From NCBI GenBank assembly GCA_029977825.1, contig JAPOKD010000001.1, positions 1-37,578 on the forward strand: a stretch of 37,578 bases of DNA. The letters are read 5' to 3'. The DNA comes from Planctomycetota bacterium. GTDB taxonomy: Bacteria; Planctomycetota; Planctomycetia; Pirellulales; Pirellulaceae. Of this stretch, positions 1 through 9,385 are shown piece by piece (position 1 is the first letter of the stretch; the number at the start of each line of letters is the position of its first letter). The translations under genes were made by a program, and so were the position numbers. A model generated the notes under the pieces. The model made no database searches and was not told the origin of the DNA. It saw only the letters and a list, made by a program, of their open reading frames with translations.

Positions 1-2
1 GG

Positions 3-374
3 TTTCAAGCGATTTTGGCGATCACAGTCATTTCACTGACTACGATCAGCAGTCTACTGGGCTATCTGGGGCTGACTCTTTCTCTGTGCTCGGCTTTGAC
101 AGTCAGCATGGTTTTCCGCATGCGAATGCTGGACTCCACGATCAAGCTGCCACTGTTTGGAATCCCAGCTGCCATTTACGTTACAGCAACACTTTTTTTG
201 GCGGTGTTGTATGGTGTCAGTGACTACAGGCAGGTAATCGCCAGTGGCTTCACTTTGCTGATCGGCCTGCTAATCTACCCATGGTTTCAAAGTGGCATCA
301 CTTCCTCTGCGGATAGCGTTCAAGACGCGAGCATGGACGTGGCCAACAAGAACCACTCAGACTCGTCCACTTGA
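3..374 (+). CDS. Amino acid permease (APC family), C-terminal part; 5' end outside window
   Basis: Frame open from the window edge (FQAILAITVISL...). About four hydrophobic helices, with a '(I)KLPLFGIPAAIY' segment and a 'GLLIYPW' end typical of the last helices of APC transporters. Confidence 0.6.
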   Translation, partial: FQAILAITVISLTTISSLLGYLGLTLSLCSALTVSMVFRMRMLDSTIKLPLFGIPAAIYVTATLFLAVLYGVSDYRQVIASGFTLLIGLLIYPWFQSGITSSADSVQDASMDVANKNHSDSST

Positions 375-376
375 GA

Positions 377-1378
377 TCAGACGGTCAACTTCATGCCACG
401 CCTGGTGCGCCGACTGCAGCACTTCTTGTACTTCTTGCTGCTTCCACAAGGGCAGGGACTATTTCTACCGACCCTGCGAGCACGTGGCTTGACTGCAGAG
501 AGAAAGCTCTTTGTATCCTGATGATACATCTTTCTCATCATCGCATAGACCTCCGGATGACGTTGCTGCAATAGCTCAGGCGCCTCAAAGAAGTATTCAC
601 TCAGAACCGCAAAATATTCGGCCTCGTTTGTGTACGCGTAGTCATCTATTTCCTCTCTGGCCTTGGGATCCCGTTTCAGTTCTTCTGCGACCCAGCTAAT
701 CCACGGAGCAGCCGCATCACCGGCCACCCGATTTGGCAAACCATCGACTGATCCGTCTGCTTTATCAACAAGATGTGCAAATTCGTGGATTCCAACATTC
801 CGTTTATCCTTATGATTCCTGAATCCCGAAATCAAATCGGGCTTGGACAGAATCATGACTCCACTGAGATGATTTACTCCTATCATGCCAAGGGTATTCC
901 GACTGAGTCCCTGATCAGTTTGATAATCTTCATTGAAAGCACCGGGATAAATCAGGATTTCCCCGAGGCCAGCATATTCCCAGTCCTCGAATCCAAAAAT
1001 TGGAATCGTTGCACTTGCAGCCACCAGAACATGCGTTGTGTCATCAACATCCGTGCGGATGCCTGTAACGGGAACCTCGTCAATGAATACCTTGACCAGA
1101 TTACGAAATCGCTCGCGTCCCGCCTCATCCAATGCCTGATAGAAGACAACATTCTGCTGCAGCACCTCTTCCCAGGCCGCTGGTAACGGTTCAGCAATCA
1201 CCTTGATTCTTCTCAAGGTACGGCGACGCATCAGATGATAGACACACCAAGCCAAGGGCAAAGCCAGTACCGCAAGATGCCATTTCAAAGCGAGCAATAA
1301 AATGAGGACTGCCACCACCGCAGCAAGAACCAGCGCATGATGTTGATTACTGCGATTGTTCTGTTCCGTAACAAGCAA
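377..1378 (-). CDS. Zinc-dependent peptidase, M90/MtfA family, with N-terminal TM segments and C-terminal SEC-C motif
   Basis: Motifs EILIYPGAF, NVGIHEFAH (HExxH) and YAYTNEAEYFAVLSEYFFE of the MtfA family; GRNSPCPCGSSKKYKKCC is a SEC-C motif. Start placed at TTG 1378, just after a GAGGT SD-like sequence (ORF extends to 1390). Confidence 0.88.
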   Translation of the reverse strand: MLVTEQNNRSNQHHALVLAAVVAVLILLLALKWHLAVLALPLAWCVYHLMRRRTLRRIKVIAEPLPAAWEEVLQQNVVFYQALDEAGRERFRNLVKVFIDEVPVTGIRTDVDDTTHVLVAASATIPIFGFEDWEYAGLGEILIYPGAFNEDYQTDQGLSRNTLGMIGVNHLSGVMILSKPDLISGFRNHKDKRNVGIHEFAHLVDKADGSVDGLPNRVAGDAAAPWISWVAEELKRDPKAREEIDDYAYTNEAEYFAVLSEYFFEAPELLQQRHPEVYAMMRKMYHQDTKSFLSAVKPRARRVGRNSPCPCGSSKKYKKCCSRRTRRGMKLTV

Positions 1379-1413
1379 GTGACACCTCAATCCTAATGTG
1401 TGTTGCAGTCAAT

Positions 1414-2514
1414 TTAGTTCGGTTGCAAATCGCTGATATTTATTTTCTTCTCGATACGAATGCCACCCTCAATATCTTTTACTTCCAACGTGACCGTGGG
1501 CCTGGGAAGGTTCCAGTCGATATGCACGACCCCATAATTTTCCCGATGGTAGGTTCGCTCATCAGAACGAAATCGATTTTCAGTTGGTGTGCCACGTGGA
1601 TGAATCTGGTTGAAACTGCTGGAAGTGATTTCGTACAGAGGGTAGGGCACGTGTTCGTGGCAACAGGATAACTCTGCCCAATGACGATCACCACTGAGCA
1701 GCACGACACCGCCCGCCCTGGTTTCCTTGATCATGCGAATCAATCTTTCGCGTTCATGCGGTAAATTACCCCAAGCTTCCTGGCCTCTCGCCTCAGGTAC
1801 CAACTGAATGCTCGTACCAATCAAGCGTACTTCGGCAGGTTTTTCGAGTTCCTGCTGCAGCCATGCCCACTGAGCTTCACCCAACATGGTTTTGTTGATG
1901 GAGTCGTCGGGCACATAGGGACCACCAACTCTCTTCTTGCCTGTCTTTAATGGAGATCGGAAATACCGTGTGTCGAGCATGATCACCTGAACGCGTTGCC
2001 CCTCGGGACCAAAGATCTTTGCGTCGTAAACCCCGGGACGGCTCCGAACAGGTGACTGAGCAGGTACATCCCAGAAACGCATGAACTCTCTCTCTGATGC
2101 TTCTCTTTGGGGAAAATCTGCTCCTCCATCGTTGATGCCAAAATCATGATCATCCCACGTTGCAATGATCGGAAAGGATGATCGCAAACGGCGAAAATCT
2201 GCATTCGCCCCGAGGCGGTCATACTTCGCCCGCATCTCATTCATATCCTCCGTGTCGGCATAAATGTTGTCTCCGAGGAACAGAATGAGATCAGGAAACT
2301 CGCCTGCCATGGTGTAGAAAATTGGCGTTGGCAGATCCTGCTTGATACAGGAACCAAATACAATTCTACTGAGAACTTGATTCGAATCGGGCAGCTCAGC
2401 AGGCGTATTCGCAGGTGAAGAAAAAAACACGGTCATGATTCCCATCAGGAACAGGGCAGGGGAAGAGCATCCACGCATCATCCTGACAACGGTTGCGGGG
2501 CTGAATCGATTCAT
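1414..2514 (-). CDS. Alkaline phosphatase D (PhoD) family protein
   Basis: Motifs IVFGSC, LGDNIYAD, TWDDHDF, LDTRYFR and LSGDRH; hydrophobic N-terminal export signal. Start overlaps the upstream sulfatase stop (ATGA at 2511-2514). Confidence 0.92.
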   Translation of the reverse strand: MNRFSPATVVRMMRGCSSPALFLMGIMTVFFSSPANTPAELPDSNQVLSRIVFGSCIKQDLPTPIFYTMAGEFPDLILFLGDNIYADTEDMNEMRAKYDRLGANADFRRLRSSFPIIATWDDHDFGINDGGADFPQREASEREFMRFWDVPAQSPVRSRPGVYDAKIFGPEGQRVQVIMLDTRYFRSPLKTGKKRVGGPYVPDDSINKTMLGEAQWAWLQQELEKPAEVRLIGTSIQLVPEARGQEAWGNLPHERERLIRMIKETRAGGVVLLSGDRHWAELSCCHEHVPYPLYEITSSSFNQIHPRGTPTENRFRSDERTYHRENYGVVHIDWNLPRPTVTLEVKDIEGGIRIEKKINISDLQPN

Positions 2515-3956
2515 TTCTCCACCATGGGAGCCCGAAAGCGATGCTCACCCCGCTTGGCAGCCCGATGACTCTCGGGTGTATCCTGTTCAATACCCGGATC
2601 ACCTTGACTGAGCAACCATCGATCCAGCTCACGTGACAGCGTGTTGAGAGGCTGCTTGGCACTATCCGTCCCAACGAGATTCTTTAATTCATATGGATCA
2701 GAAGCAGTGTGATAAAGCGCTTCTGCTGGCCGGTTCATGTAGCGTTGCACCAGCCTGTAAGTTTCCGGCGATTCCCAGGAATCCCAGACCCAGCTTTGCC
2801 AATAGGGGTTATTCAACAAGCCGTCACCACGGACGCCCATCAAATGTTTTTCGATATACAGATTTCCGTGCAGTAAATTTCTGACATACCGATAAGTACC
2901 ATCACTAATAGTGCGGACAGGGTAGGGTGGCCCTTCCGGCACGTTGTTATGGACTCCATAGACATATTTTCTGTGTTGTGTGGACTTGCCTTGCAAGACA
3001 TCAAAAAAGCTCCGTCCATCGAAGGTGTTTGCATGCTCCTCCGTGCTGCCTGCCACCTCCAACAACGTTGGCAAGACGTCCGCGAATTGAACCATTGCAT
3101 CTGTTCGCATCCCCACAGGAACGATACCAGGCCAACGGGCAATCAATGCCGTATGGACTCCCGTATCCCAATTAGTCCACTTGTTGCCCGGGAACTGAGA
3201 ACCCTGTTCTGACGAGAACAGAACCAGTGTGTTGTTCGACTCTCCTGCGCCCTCCAGTGCATTCAATAATTCTCCCACCTGCGAATCCATGTAAGTGATT
3301 TCAGCCAGATAGCGTGAAAACGCCTCGCGAGTCAATTTAGTGTCAGCCATATTGGGCGGTAATTTCAGCTTCGCCGGTGGATAGGCGGACGCGTCACCCA
3401 TGACCCATGGCACATGGGGCTCCACCAAGGCGACCACCAGGCAAAAAGGTTGCTGCTTGTCACGCTGCATGAACTCGTTGACGGCAGAAAGCTCATGTGC
3501 TTTGGTTGGATTTCTTACACAGCTCGCGTCAAATCCGGCAACACGTTCAAAAGGAAACGCCTGCTTCGGTAGTACATGTACCTTACCAGCCAGCCCCACT
3601 CGATACCCGAGAGCTCCCAGATAGTGTGGCATGCTCAACGTCTCAGGCAGGCTGGCGGAATGGTTCCATGCACAACCATTCCGCATTGGATACAAGCCTG
3701 AATACAGCTCAGCGCGACATGGCTGGCACATGGCCTCTGCAAGGTAGGCTCGATTAAAAACAAGACCCTCGGCAGCAAGTTGCTCAAGATTTGGTGTCCG
3801 AGCATTCTGACCTCCATACATGGGCAGATCACTGTGTGTGCAGTCATCCGCAAGGATAATCACAATGTTTGGTTTCTCCGCGTTGGTTGTCTCCAACGCC
3901 AATGCTGGCGAAACAAGCCAGATCAGACCACAGAGAATCGCAATCAATCTTTTCAT
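2511..3956 (-). CDS. Cys-type sulfatase (sulfamidase/heparan N-sulfatase-like), secreted
   Basis: KPNIVIILADD, formylglycine motif CQPCR..LYSG, GYRVGLAGKVH, EPHVPW, DPYELKNL. Signal peptide MKRLIAILCGLIWLVSPALA from ATG 3956 (ORF extends to 3989). Confidence 0.92.
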   Translation of the reverse strand: MKRLIAILCGLIWLVSPALALETTNAEKPNIVIILADDCTHSDLPMYGGQNARTPNLEQLAAEGLVFNRAYLAEAMCQPCRAELYSGLYPMRNGCAWNHSASLPETLSMPHYLGALGYRVGLAGKVHVLPKQAFPFERVAGFDASCVRNPTKAHELSAVNEFMQRDKQQPFCLVVALVEPHVPWVMGDASAYPPAKLKLPPNMADTKLTREAFSRYLAEITYMDSQVGELLNALEGAGESNNTLVLFSSEQGSQFPGNKWTNWDTGVHTALIARWPGIVPVGMRTDAMVQFADVLPTLLEVAGSTEEHANTFDGRSFFDVLQGKSTQHRKYVYGVHNNVPEGPPYPVRTISDGTYRYVRNLLHGNLYIEKHLMGVRGDGLLNNPYWQSWVWDSWESPETYRLVQRYMNRPAEALYHTASDPYELKNLVGTDSAKQPLNTLSRELDRWLLSQGDPGIEQDTPESHRAAKRGEHRFRAPMVEK

Positions 3957-4140
3957 GAATCGTCTTTCGCAGTGCTGTTCCATTTTCACGAGCCGATTAT
4001 TGTAACTGTGATGTGCTGGCGTTTACAGGAAGTGAAACCATAGCACAAAGAGATGGGAGACATGTAACCTGGCTACAGCTCTACCTGAGTCACCAATGAA
4101 AGAAAAGGGAACGTCACACGCTCCACGGACGATGCTAACC

Positions 4141-4161
4141 AACAAAGCTTGGATGCCAAGC
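4141..4161 (-). terminator. Possible intrinsic terminator downstream of the response regulator
   Basis: Minus strand GCTTGG-CAT-CCAAGC hairpin followed by TTTGTT; the stem is short. Confidence 0.3.
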
Positions 4162-4201
4162 CGAGCTCGACGCAATGCTAACCACTGGCGAGACGGCGAG
4201 A

Positions 4202-4597
4202 TCATCCCGCCTTGGGAGGCTGCCAGCCGTAGTAGTCAGTGAGTGCATGAGACACAACAGACGTCAATTGGGACAGTTTAAGAGGCTTACTCAGCACGTC
4301 ATAAGCACACATGCGTTCTGCCTCCTGACGGATTTCATCATTCAGTTCTGCGCTCATCAGGACGCAGGGCAAGCTGGAGGGACGCTCGTGCAGGTGTCGT
4401 ATGACATCCAAACCCGTGACATGCGGCATGTGAACGTCAACCACGGCAACATGGACTCGCGAGTGTTCAATCAGATCCAGCGCTTCCCGCCCGTCGCAGG
4501 CTTCGATTACATGGAAACCCCGTCGCTGCAGTCCTTCGCAAACAACCTTGCGAAAAGCGTTGTCGTCATCCGTCACAAGCAGGTTCGGTACGTCCAT
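4202..4597 (-). CDS. Single-domain response regulator (REC only)
   Basis: LLVTDDD acidic pocket, VVDVHMP phospho-Asp, LMSA, VLSKP; 131 aa with no output domain. Confidence 0.93.
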   Translation of the reverse strand: MDVPNLLVTDDDNAFRKVVCEGLQRRGFHVIEACDGREALDLIEHSRVHVAVVDVHMPHVTGLDVIRHLHERPSSLPCVLMSAELNDEIRQEAERMCAYDVLSKPLKLSQLTSVVSHALTDYYGWQPPKAG

Positions 4598-4732
4598 CGT
4601 GGAGTCATCATCAGCACCAGATTGATCCGCTGTCGCGATTGCATCGAGACGGCAGGTAAGTTCATCAGTATGATGATAACTACTATCGCGGCATTATTCA
4701 CCACAACAACTTGATTACGTTACGGAAACGAG

Positions 4733-5803
4733 ATGAGTGCCCCCAACGCCGACGCAGCCGGCTCGAGCCCAAAGGCAGGAACCGACTCAGGCCCAAAACC
4801 TGCGAAAAAAGCCATAAAAACTGGCATCGGTGCATCTTCTGCGACAATCAAAACCACGGCTGACGTCGGTGAATTGTCGAAACGAATCATCGGAAATGTT
4901 GAGCAAGCCATCGTTGGAAAGCGCAAGCAATTGGTTTTGTCACTGGTGACCTGGTTCAGCGGCGGGCACATTTTGCTCGAAGATGTCCCAGGAGTCGCGA
5001 AAACCATGCTCGCCAGAGCTCTCGCAAAAAGTGTCGGATGCAAGTTCAAAAGAGTCCAATGTACACCCGACTTACTGCCGACTGATGTTACGGGCACATC
5101 AATTTTCAACCAGAAAAAATCGCAGTTCGAATTCCGGCCAGGACCGGTTTTCACACAGATCCTGCTGGCTGATGAGATCAACAGGGCCACTCCCCGAACG
5201 CAGGCCTCGCTTCTGGAAGCAATGGCCGAGGCACGTGTCACCGTCGATGGCAACACGCATGCCCTGCAGCCTCCATTTGTTGTCATAGCCACGCAGAATC
5301 CAGTGGACCACGAGGGGACATTCCCGCTTCCGGAGGCTCAGCTTGACAGATTCATGATGCGGTTCAGTCTCGGGTACCCGTCCATGCAGGAAGAACTGCG
5401 GATGCTGGACTTGTTACAACACTCTCATCCCGTGGATCGGCTCACATCCGTCGCAGAGGCCAATGAAGTGGTCGCTGCCCAGCAAATCATTCGCAAGGTT
5501 CACGTTGATCCACGCGTTCGGGAATACCTGCTGCAGATCATTTCACAGACGCGACAGCATGCAGACCTTGCCTTGGGCGGAAGCCCCAGAGCAACGATCG
5601 CGCTATTCCGATGCTCGCAAGCGATGGCAGCCATTCGCGGACGCGATTATGTGCTGCCGGATGACATCAAGAAAATCATCGCCCCAGTCATGAATCACCG
5701 TTTGATTGTTCGCCCCGAAAGTCGCCTCCGCAAGATTACTGGTGAAAAGGTAATCGAAGAGATCGTTGGCGAAATAGCTGTTCCCACCATCGAAGCTTCG
5801 TGA
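4733..5803 (+). CDS. MoxR family AAA+ ATPase
   Basis: HILLEDVPGVAKT (Walker A), RVQCTPDLLPTD, LLADEINRATPRTQASLLEAM, ATQNPVDHEGTFPLPEAQLDRF. Confidence 0.95.
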   Translation: MSAPNADAAGSSPKAGTDSGPKPAKKAIKTGIGASSATIKTTADVGELSKRIIGNVEQAIVGKRKQLVLSLVTWFSGGHILLEDVPGVAKTMLARALAKSVGCKFKRVQCTPDLLPTDVTGTSIFNQKKSQFEFRPGPVFTQILLADEINRATPRTQASLLEAMAEARVTVDGNTHALQPPFVVIATQNPVDHEGTFPLPEAQLDRFMMRFSLGYPSMQEELRMLDLLQHSHPVDRLTSVAEANEVVAAQQIIRKVHVDPRVREYLLQIISQTRQHADLALGGSPRATIALFRCSQAMAAIRGRDYVLPDDIKKIIAPVMNHRLIVRPESRLRKITGEKVIEEIVGEIAVPTIEAS

Positions 5804-5806
5804 CGC

Positions 5807-7153
5807 ATGGATGATCCGAATAGCACGCCAACATCCACACCACGATTAGCAATTCTGGCTGGCATCAGCGGGCTACTATTGGCTGGAATGATATCTGGGG
5901 CTGCACTGTGGATCATCGCAGCGATCACTGCAGGGATCCTGTTGTTGGTGAATTTTTTTCTTGCCAACACATGGTCCCGTTCAACCATTGCCACTCGCAC
6001 CCATAGTAACCGAGAAGTAAAAATCGGCTCGCGGCTGCCGGTCGAAGTGAAACTGACCAATCAAAGTCGGATACCCGTATTGTGGCTATTGGTGGAAGAC
6101 CTGCTTCCCGCATGGGCGACCATTTTCAATCCCCCCACCCTGCAAGTCGAAGGAGAAAGAGTCCGGGTTTTTTTGATCGGGGCTGGTAAGTCCTGTTCGC
6201 TCAGCTACGAGATCAAGTGCAACCGAAGAGGCTACTTCCAGATCGGACCAACTGTGATGGAAACGGGCGACTTGATGGGGATGTACCGTCGCTATCGAGT
6301 GGGTACACAACCTCAATACGTTACCGTGCTACCGAACATCGTGGCCTTGAGTTCATACGAAATCGGATCACGTCGGCCCATTGGTGAAATCCGCATGCGC
6401 GACAACATCATGGATGACCCCACCCGCTTGCGTGGAATCCGGCAATGGCAACCGGGCGATCCGATGCGGAGTGTCCACTGGGCAGCAACCGCACGAACCG
6501 GAACTCTGCACAGCAAAATTTACGAACCCTCATCGATCGTAGGTGCCACTCTCATTCTGGATCTGCACACCAGCAGCAATCCGGAAAAACACGAACCCAT
6601 GAGATGTGACCTCGCCATTACGGCAGCGGCATCAATTGCAAATTCACTTCATGATGTTAATGAACCCGTTGGTCTGGCAACGAACGGTCGCGATGCGGCA
6701 GATCGCATTCGGCTGGAGGGTTGGGTCGGAGACCACCGTGTTCGTGGTGATGCACAATCTTCGGCAGCCATGCGTGCTGACAATGACCGCCTCAGCCCGG
6801 TCATCATGGCCCCCGAACGTGGCCCTACCCACTTCAAGGAAATGGTACGAACCCTGGCCCGACTGGAACGCTCCGATGGTCTGACTCTTGCAGAATTGCT
6901 GGTGGAATGCGAATCACAACTTTCAGCAGACACAACGCTGCTCGTGCTGCTACAACAATGCACCGCTGAATCGATGGGCGCCATGCTTGATTTACAAAGG
7001 CGGGGCAGGGCAGTCGCGGCGATCATCAATACTCATGACATCAACGACTATTCCGATATTGCCGGGCCACTGATCGCCGCAAAAATCCCCACCTTCCATC
7101 TTGGTTCCGAAGACACAATCGTGGACGTCTGCCGGGAAACGCTGCTGCGATAA
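5807..7153 (+). CDS. DUF58 domain membrane protein (MoxR partner)
   Basis: N-terminal TM pair, RRGYFQIGP, and GIRQWQPGDPMRSVHWAATARTG (DUF58 signature); begins 3 bp after moxR. Confidence 0.9.
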   Translation: MDDPNSTPTSTPRLAILAGISGLLLAGMISGAALWIIAAITAGILLLVNFFLANTWSRSTIATRTHSNREVKIGSRLPVEVKLTNQSRIPVLWLLVEDLLPAWATIFNPPTLQVEGERVRVFLIGAGKSCSLSYEIKCNRRGYFQIGPTVMETGDLMGMYRRYRVGTQPQYVTVLPNIVALSSYEIGSRRPIGEIRMRDNIMDDPTRLRGIRQWQPGDPMRSVHWAATARTGTLHSKIYEPSSIVGATLILDLHTSSNPEKHEPMRCDLAITAAASIANSLHDVNEPVGLATNGRDAADRIRLEGWVGDHRVRGDAQSSAAMRADNDRLSPVIMAPERGPTHFKEMVRTLARLERSDGLTLAELLVECESQLSADTTLLVLLQQCTAESMGAMLDLQRRGRAVAAIINTHDINDYSDIAGPLIAAKIPTFHLGSEDTIVDVCRETLLR

Positions 7154-7166
7154 CATCAAGACTGCA

Positions 7167-7192
7167 GCAAAGGCTGACGCAAGTCACCTTGC
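7167..7192. terminator. Hairpin between convergent DUF58 and tyrS genes
   Basis: AAGG-c-TGAC-GCAA-GTCA-CCTT stem with a GNRA-type loop; no clear U-tract. Confidence 0.3.
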
Positions 7193-7211
7193 ATCACCTG
7201 CTTGGAGAGCT

Positions 7212-8510
7212 TCAAACAAAACGCAGCAAGGCGTAGTTCTTCTTCCCTTTTCGGATAACCATCACCGTCTCACTTGCGAGATCAGCGGAAGTCAGACGCT
7301 GTTTTTCGTCGCTCGCACGAATGTTATTCACGTACACGCCTCCTTCCTTGACCGCTCGCCGTGCCTCGCCGCCGCTGTTAGCCAACTTTGCATCCTGCAG
7401 CGCCTGAACAATCCAGTAACCTTCACCTTCCAGCACATCGCGTGACACTTCCTGACTGGGAACATCGGCAAAGATTTCGCTGAGGCTGGCATCGGTTTGA
7501 ACACCAATTTCTCCGCCAAAGAGCATTTTGGAAGCTCTCAGAGCATTCGCCAGGCCTTCCTGTCCGTGAACGAATTCAGTCAGCCATTCGGCGAGTCGAT
7601 TCTGAGCGGTTCTGCGTCCGGGGTCCGAATTGGTTGCCTCATTGAGTTCTTCGTACTCGGCTCGTTCGATCTCGGTCAAGTAGGCAATACATCGCATCAC
7701 GTCGGCATCATCGACGTTGCGCCAATATTGATAAAACTGATAGGGACTGGTACGCGTGGGATCCAACCAGATCGCTCCACTCTCGGTCTTACCCATTTTT
7801 CGACCATCACTGGTCGTCAACAGAGGCGCTGTAATACCGAAGAGTTGCTTTCCCAACATTCGCCGGCCAAGATCGATCCCAGCGGTAATGTTACCCCATT
7901 GATCACTACCGCCGGCCTGAATCAGGCAACCATGTTCGCGCGATAAATGCACGAAATCATAAGCTTGCAAAAGCATATAACTGAACTCGGTATAGCTCAG
8001 TCCAGATTCACTCTCAAGACGTGACCGCACAGACTCCTTTCCCATCATGGCCCCAACGGGAAAGCTCTTGCCGACATCACGCAGAAACTCAAGATAGGAA
8101 TAACCCTGCATCCACTCAAAGTTATTCAATAAAATGGCATGGCTGGATGCTTCACCACCGGCATCGCCGAAGTCGAGAAACCGGCGCATCTGGGCTGCAA
8201 CGCCATCAACATTCTTCTGCAATTGTTCCGCAGACAACAGGTTGCGTTCTTCGCTTTTCCCACTGGGATCACCGATCATTCCCGTTGCGCCACCGACCAA
8301 TGCAATGGGTCGGTGTCCAGCTGTTTGAAACCGCCTCAGCATCATCAACTGCATCATGCTACCAACATGCAGCGAGTCGGCAGTAGGATCGAAACCGATG
8401 TAGACCGTTTGTGGAGCACTGGCGAGTAATTTTGCCAATCCATCCTCGTCGGTGCACTGGTGGATCAGGCCACGCCAAGTCAGTTCTTCCAGCAAATTTT
8501 GTTCGGGCAT
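7212..8510 (-). CDS. tyrS: Tyrosine--tRNA ligase
   Basis: YIGFDPTADSLHVGS (HIGH), LLQAYDF, GGSDQWGNI, KMGKT (KMSKS) and a C-terminal S4-like domain. Likely start ATG 8510, 4 bp after the ispD stop. Confidence 0.97.
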   Translation of the reverse strand: MPEQNLLEELTWRGLIHQCTDEDGLAKLLASAPQTVYIGFDPTADSLHVGSMMQLMMLRRFQTAGHRPIALVGGATGMIGDPSGKSEERNLLSAEQLQKNVDGVAAQMRRFLDFGDAGGEASSHAILLNNFEWMQGYSYLEFLRDVGKSFPVGAMMGKESVRSRLESESGLSYTEFSYMLLQAYDFVHLSREHGCLIQAGGSDQWGNITAGIDLGRRMLGKQLFGITAPLLTTSDGRKMGKTESGAIWLDPTRTSPYQFYQYWRNVDDADVMRCIAYLTEIERAEYEELNEATNSDPGRRTAQNRLAEWLTEFVHGQEGLANALRASKMLFGGEIGVQTDASLSEIFADVPSQEVSRDVLEGEGYWIVQALQDAKLANSGGEARRAVKEGGVYVNNIRASDEKQRLTSADLASETVMVIRKGKKNYALLRFV

Positions 8511-8514
8511 TGTT

Positions 8515-9246
8515 TTATTTGGATTGTTGGATCTGAGTGGCAAGGATCGCCTCAGCCACGGACAAGTCCTCAGGGTAAGTAATTTTCAGATTATCTGCAG
8601 AGCCTTGCACCAAGGTGACTTCGTGCCCCATTCGTTCGACCAATTGCGCGTCGTCCGTTGCAGGACGTCCATTGTGCTTGTCATAGGCCTGTTTCAACAA
8701 CCCGATACGAAAAACCTGCGGTGTGAGAGCAAGCCACAGTTCCCGACGATCAACGGTACGACTACCCCCATGATCCAATTTCCCGCGTTTCACCGTACCC
8801 GGCACAGGCGTCGCCAGGATGGCAGCTCCCGTTCGCTGGACCGCAGAAAAAACAGCAGTCATGTCACTTGCGCGAATCAACGGGCGGGCAGCATCATGAA
8901 TCGCAACCCATTGCACAGTGGCGTCACCAGCCAGGTGTTCGAGCCCCGCTTGCACACTGTCGGTGCGTTCACTGCCTCCAAGCACCAATTCGACCCCCAA
9001 CTGCTCTACCATCGCCGCATAGCTGCTTCGAAACACGTCCTGATCGACTTGCGAAACCACTAACACGACACGACCCACAGCTTCAGAGTTCGCTAACCGT
9101 GATGCTGCATGAAACCAAAGAGGTTTTCCAGCAAGCTCTGCAAATAGTTTGTTACTGGCAGCACCGAACCGCTGTCCACTGCCAGCCGCCGGCAGAATTG
9201 CGGCAATGGAACCCGGTGCGGGAAAGGCTTGATCAGGTACTTGCAT
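8515..9246 (-). CDS. ispD: 2-C-methyl-D-erythritol 4-phosphate cytidylyltransferase
   Basis: LPAAGSGQRFG..NKLF, GGSERTDSV, IHDAARPL, TPQVF, ATDDAQLVE, NLKITYPEDL. Start ATG 9246 or GTG 9261. Confidence 0.95.
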   Translation of the reverse strand: MQVPDQAFPAPGSIAAILPAAGSGQRFGAASNKLFAELAGKPLWFHAASRLANSEAVGRVVLVVSQVDQDVFRSSYAAMVEQLGVELVLGGSERTDSVQAGLEHLAGDATVQWVAIHDAARPLIRASDMTAVFSAVQRTGAAILATPVPGTVKRGKLDHGGSRTVDRRELWLALTPQVFRIGLLKQAYDKHNGRPATDDAQLVERMGHEVTLVQGSADNLKITYPEDLSVAEAILATQIQQSK

Positions 9247-9385
9247 GGAAAAGACGACCACTGCGAGACGATATGAAACGGTGCCGAGTTATCAGCAGAA
9301 GAGAATCGGTATAGCAGCGTAACAGAACGGTTACAAGCAAGTCGCGGCAGATGCTTCAGGCCAAGCGACACTTTTCACGCAGTTT

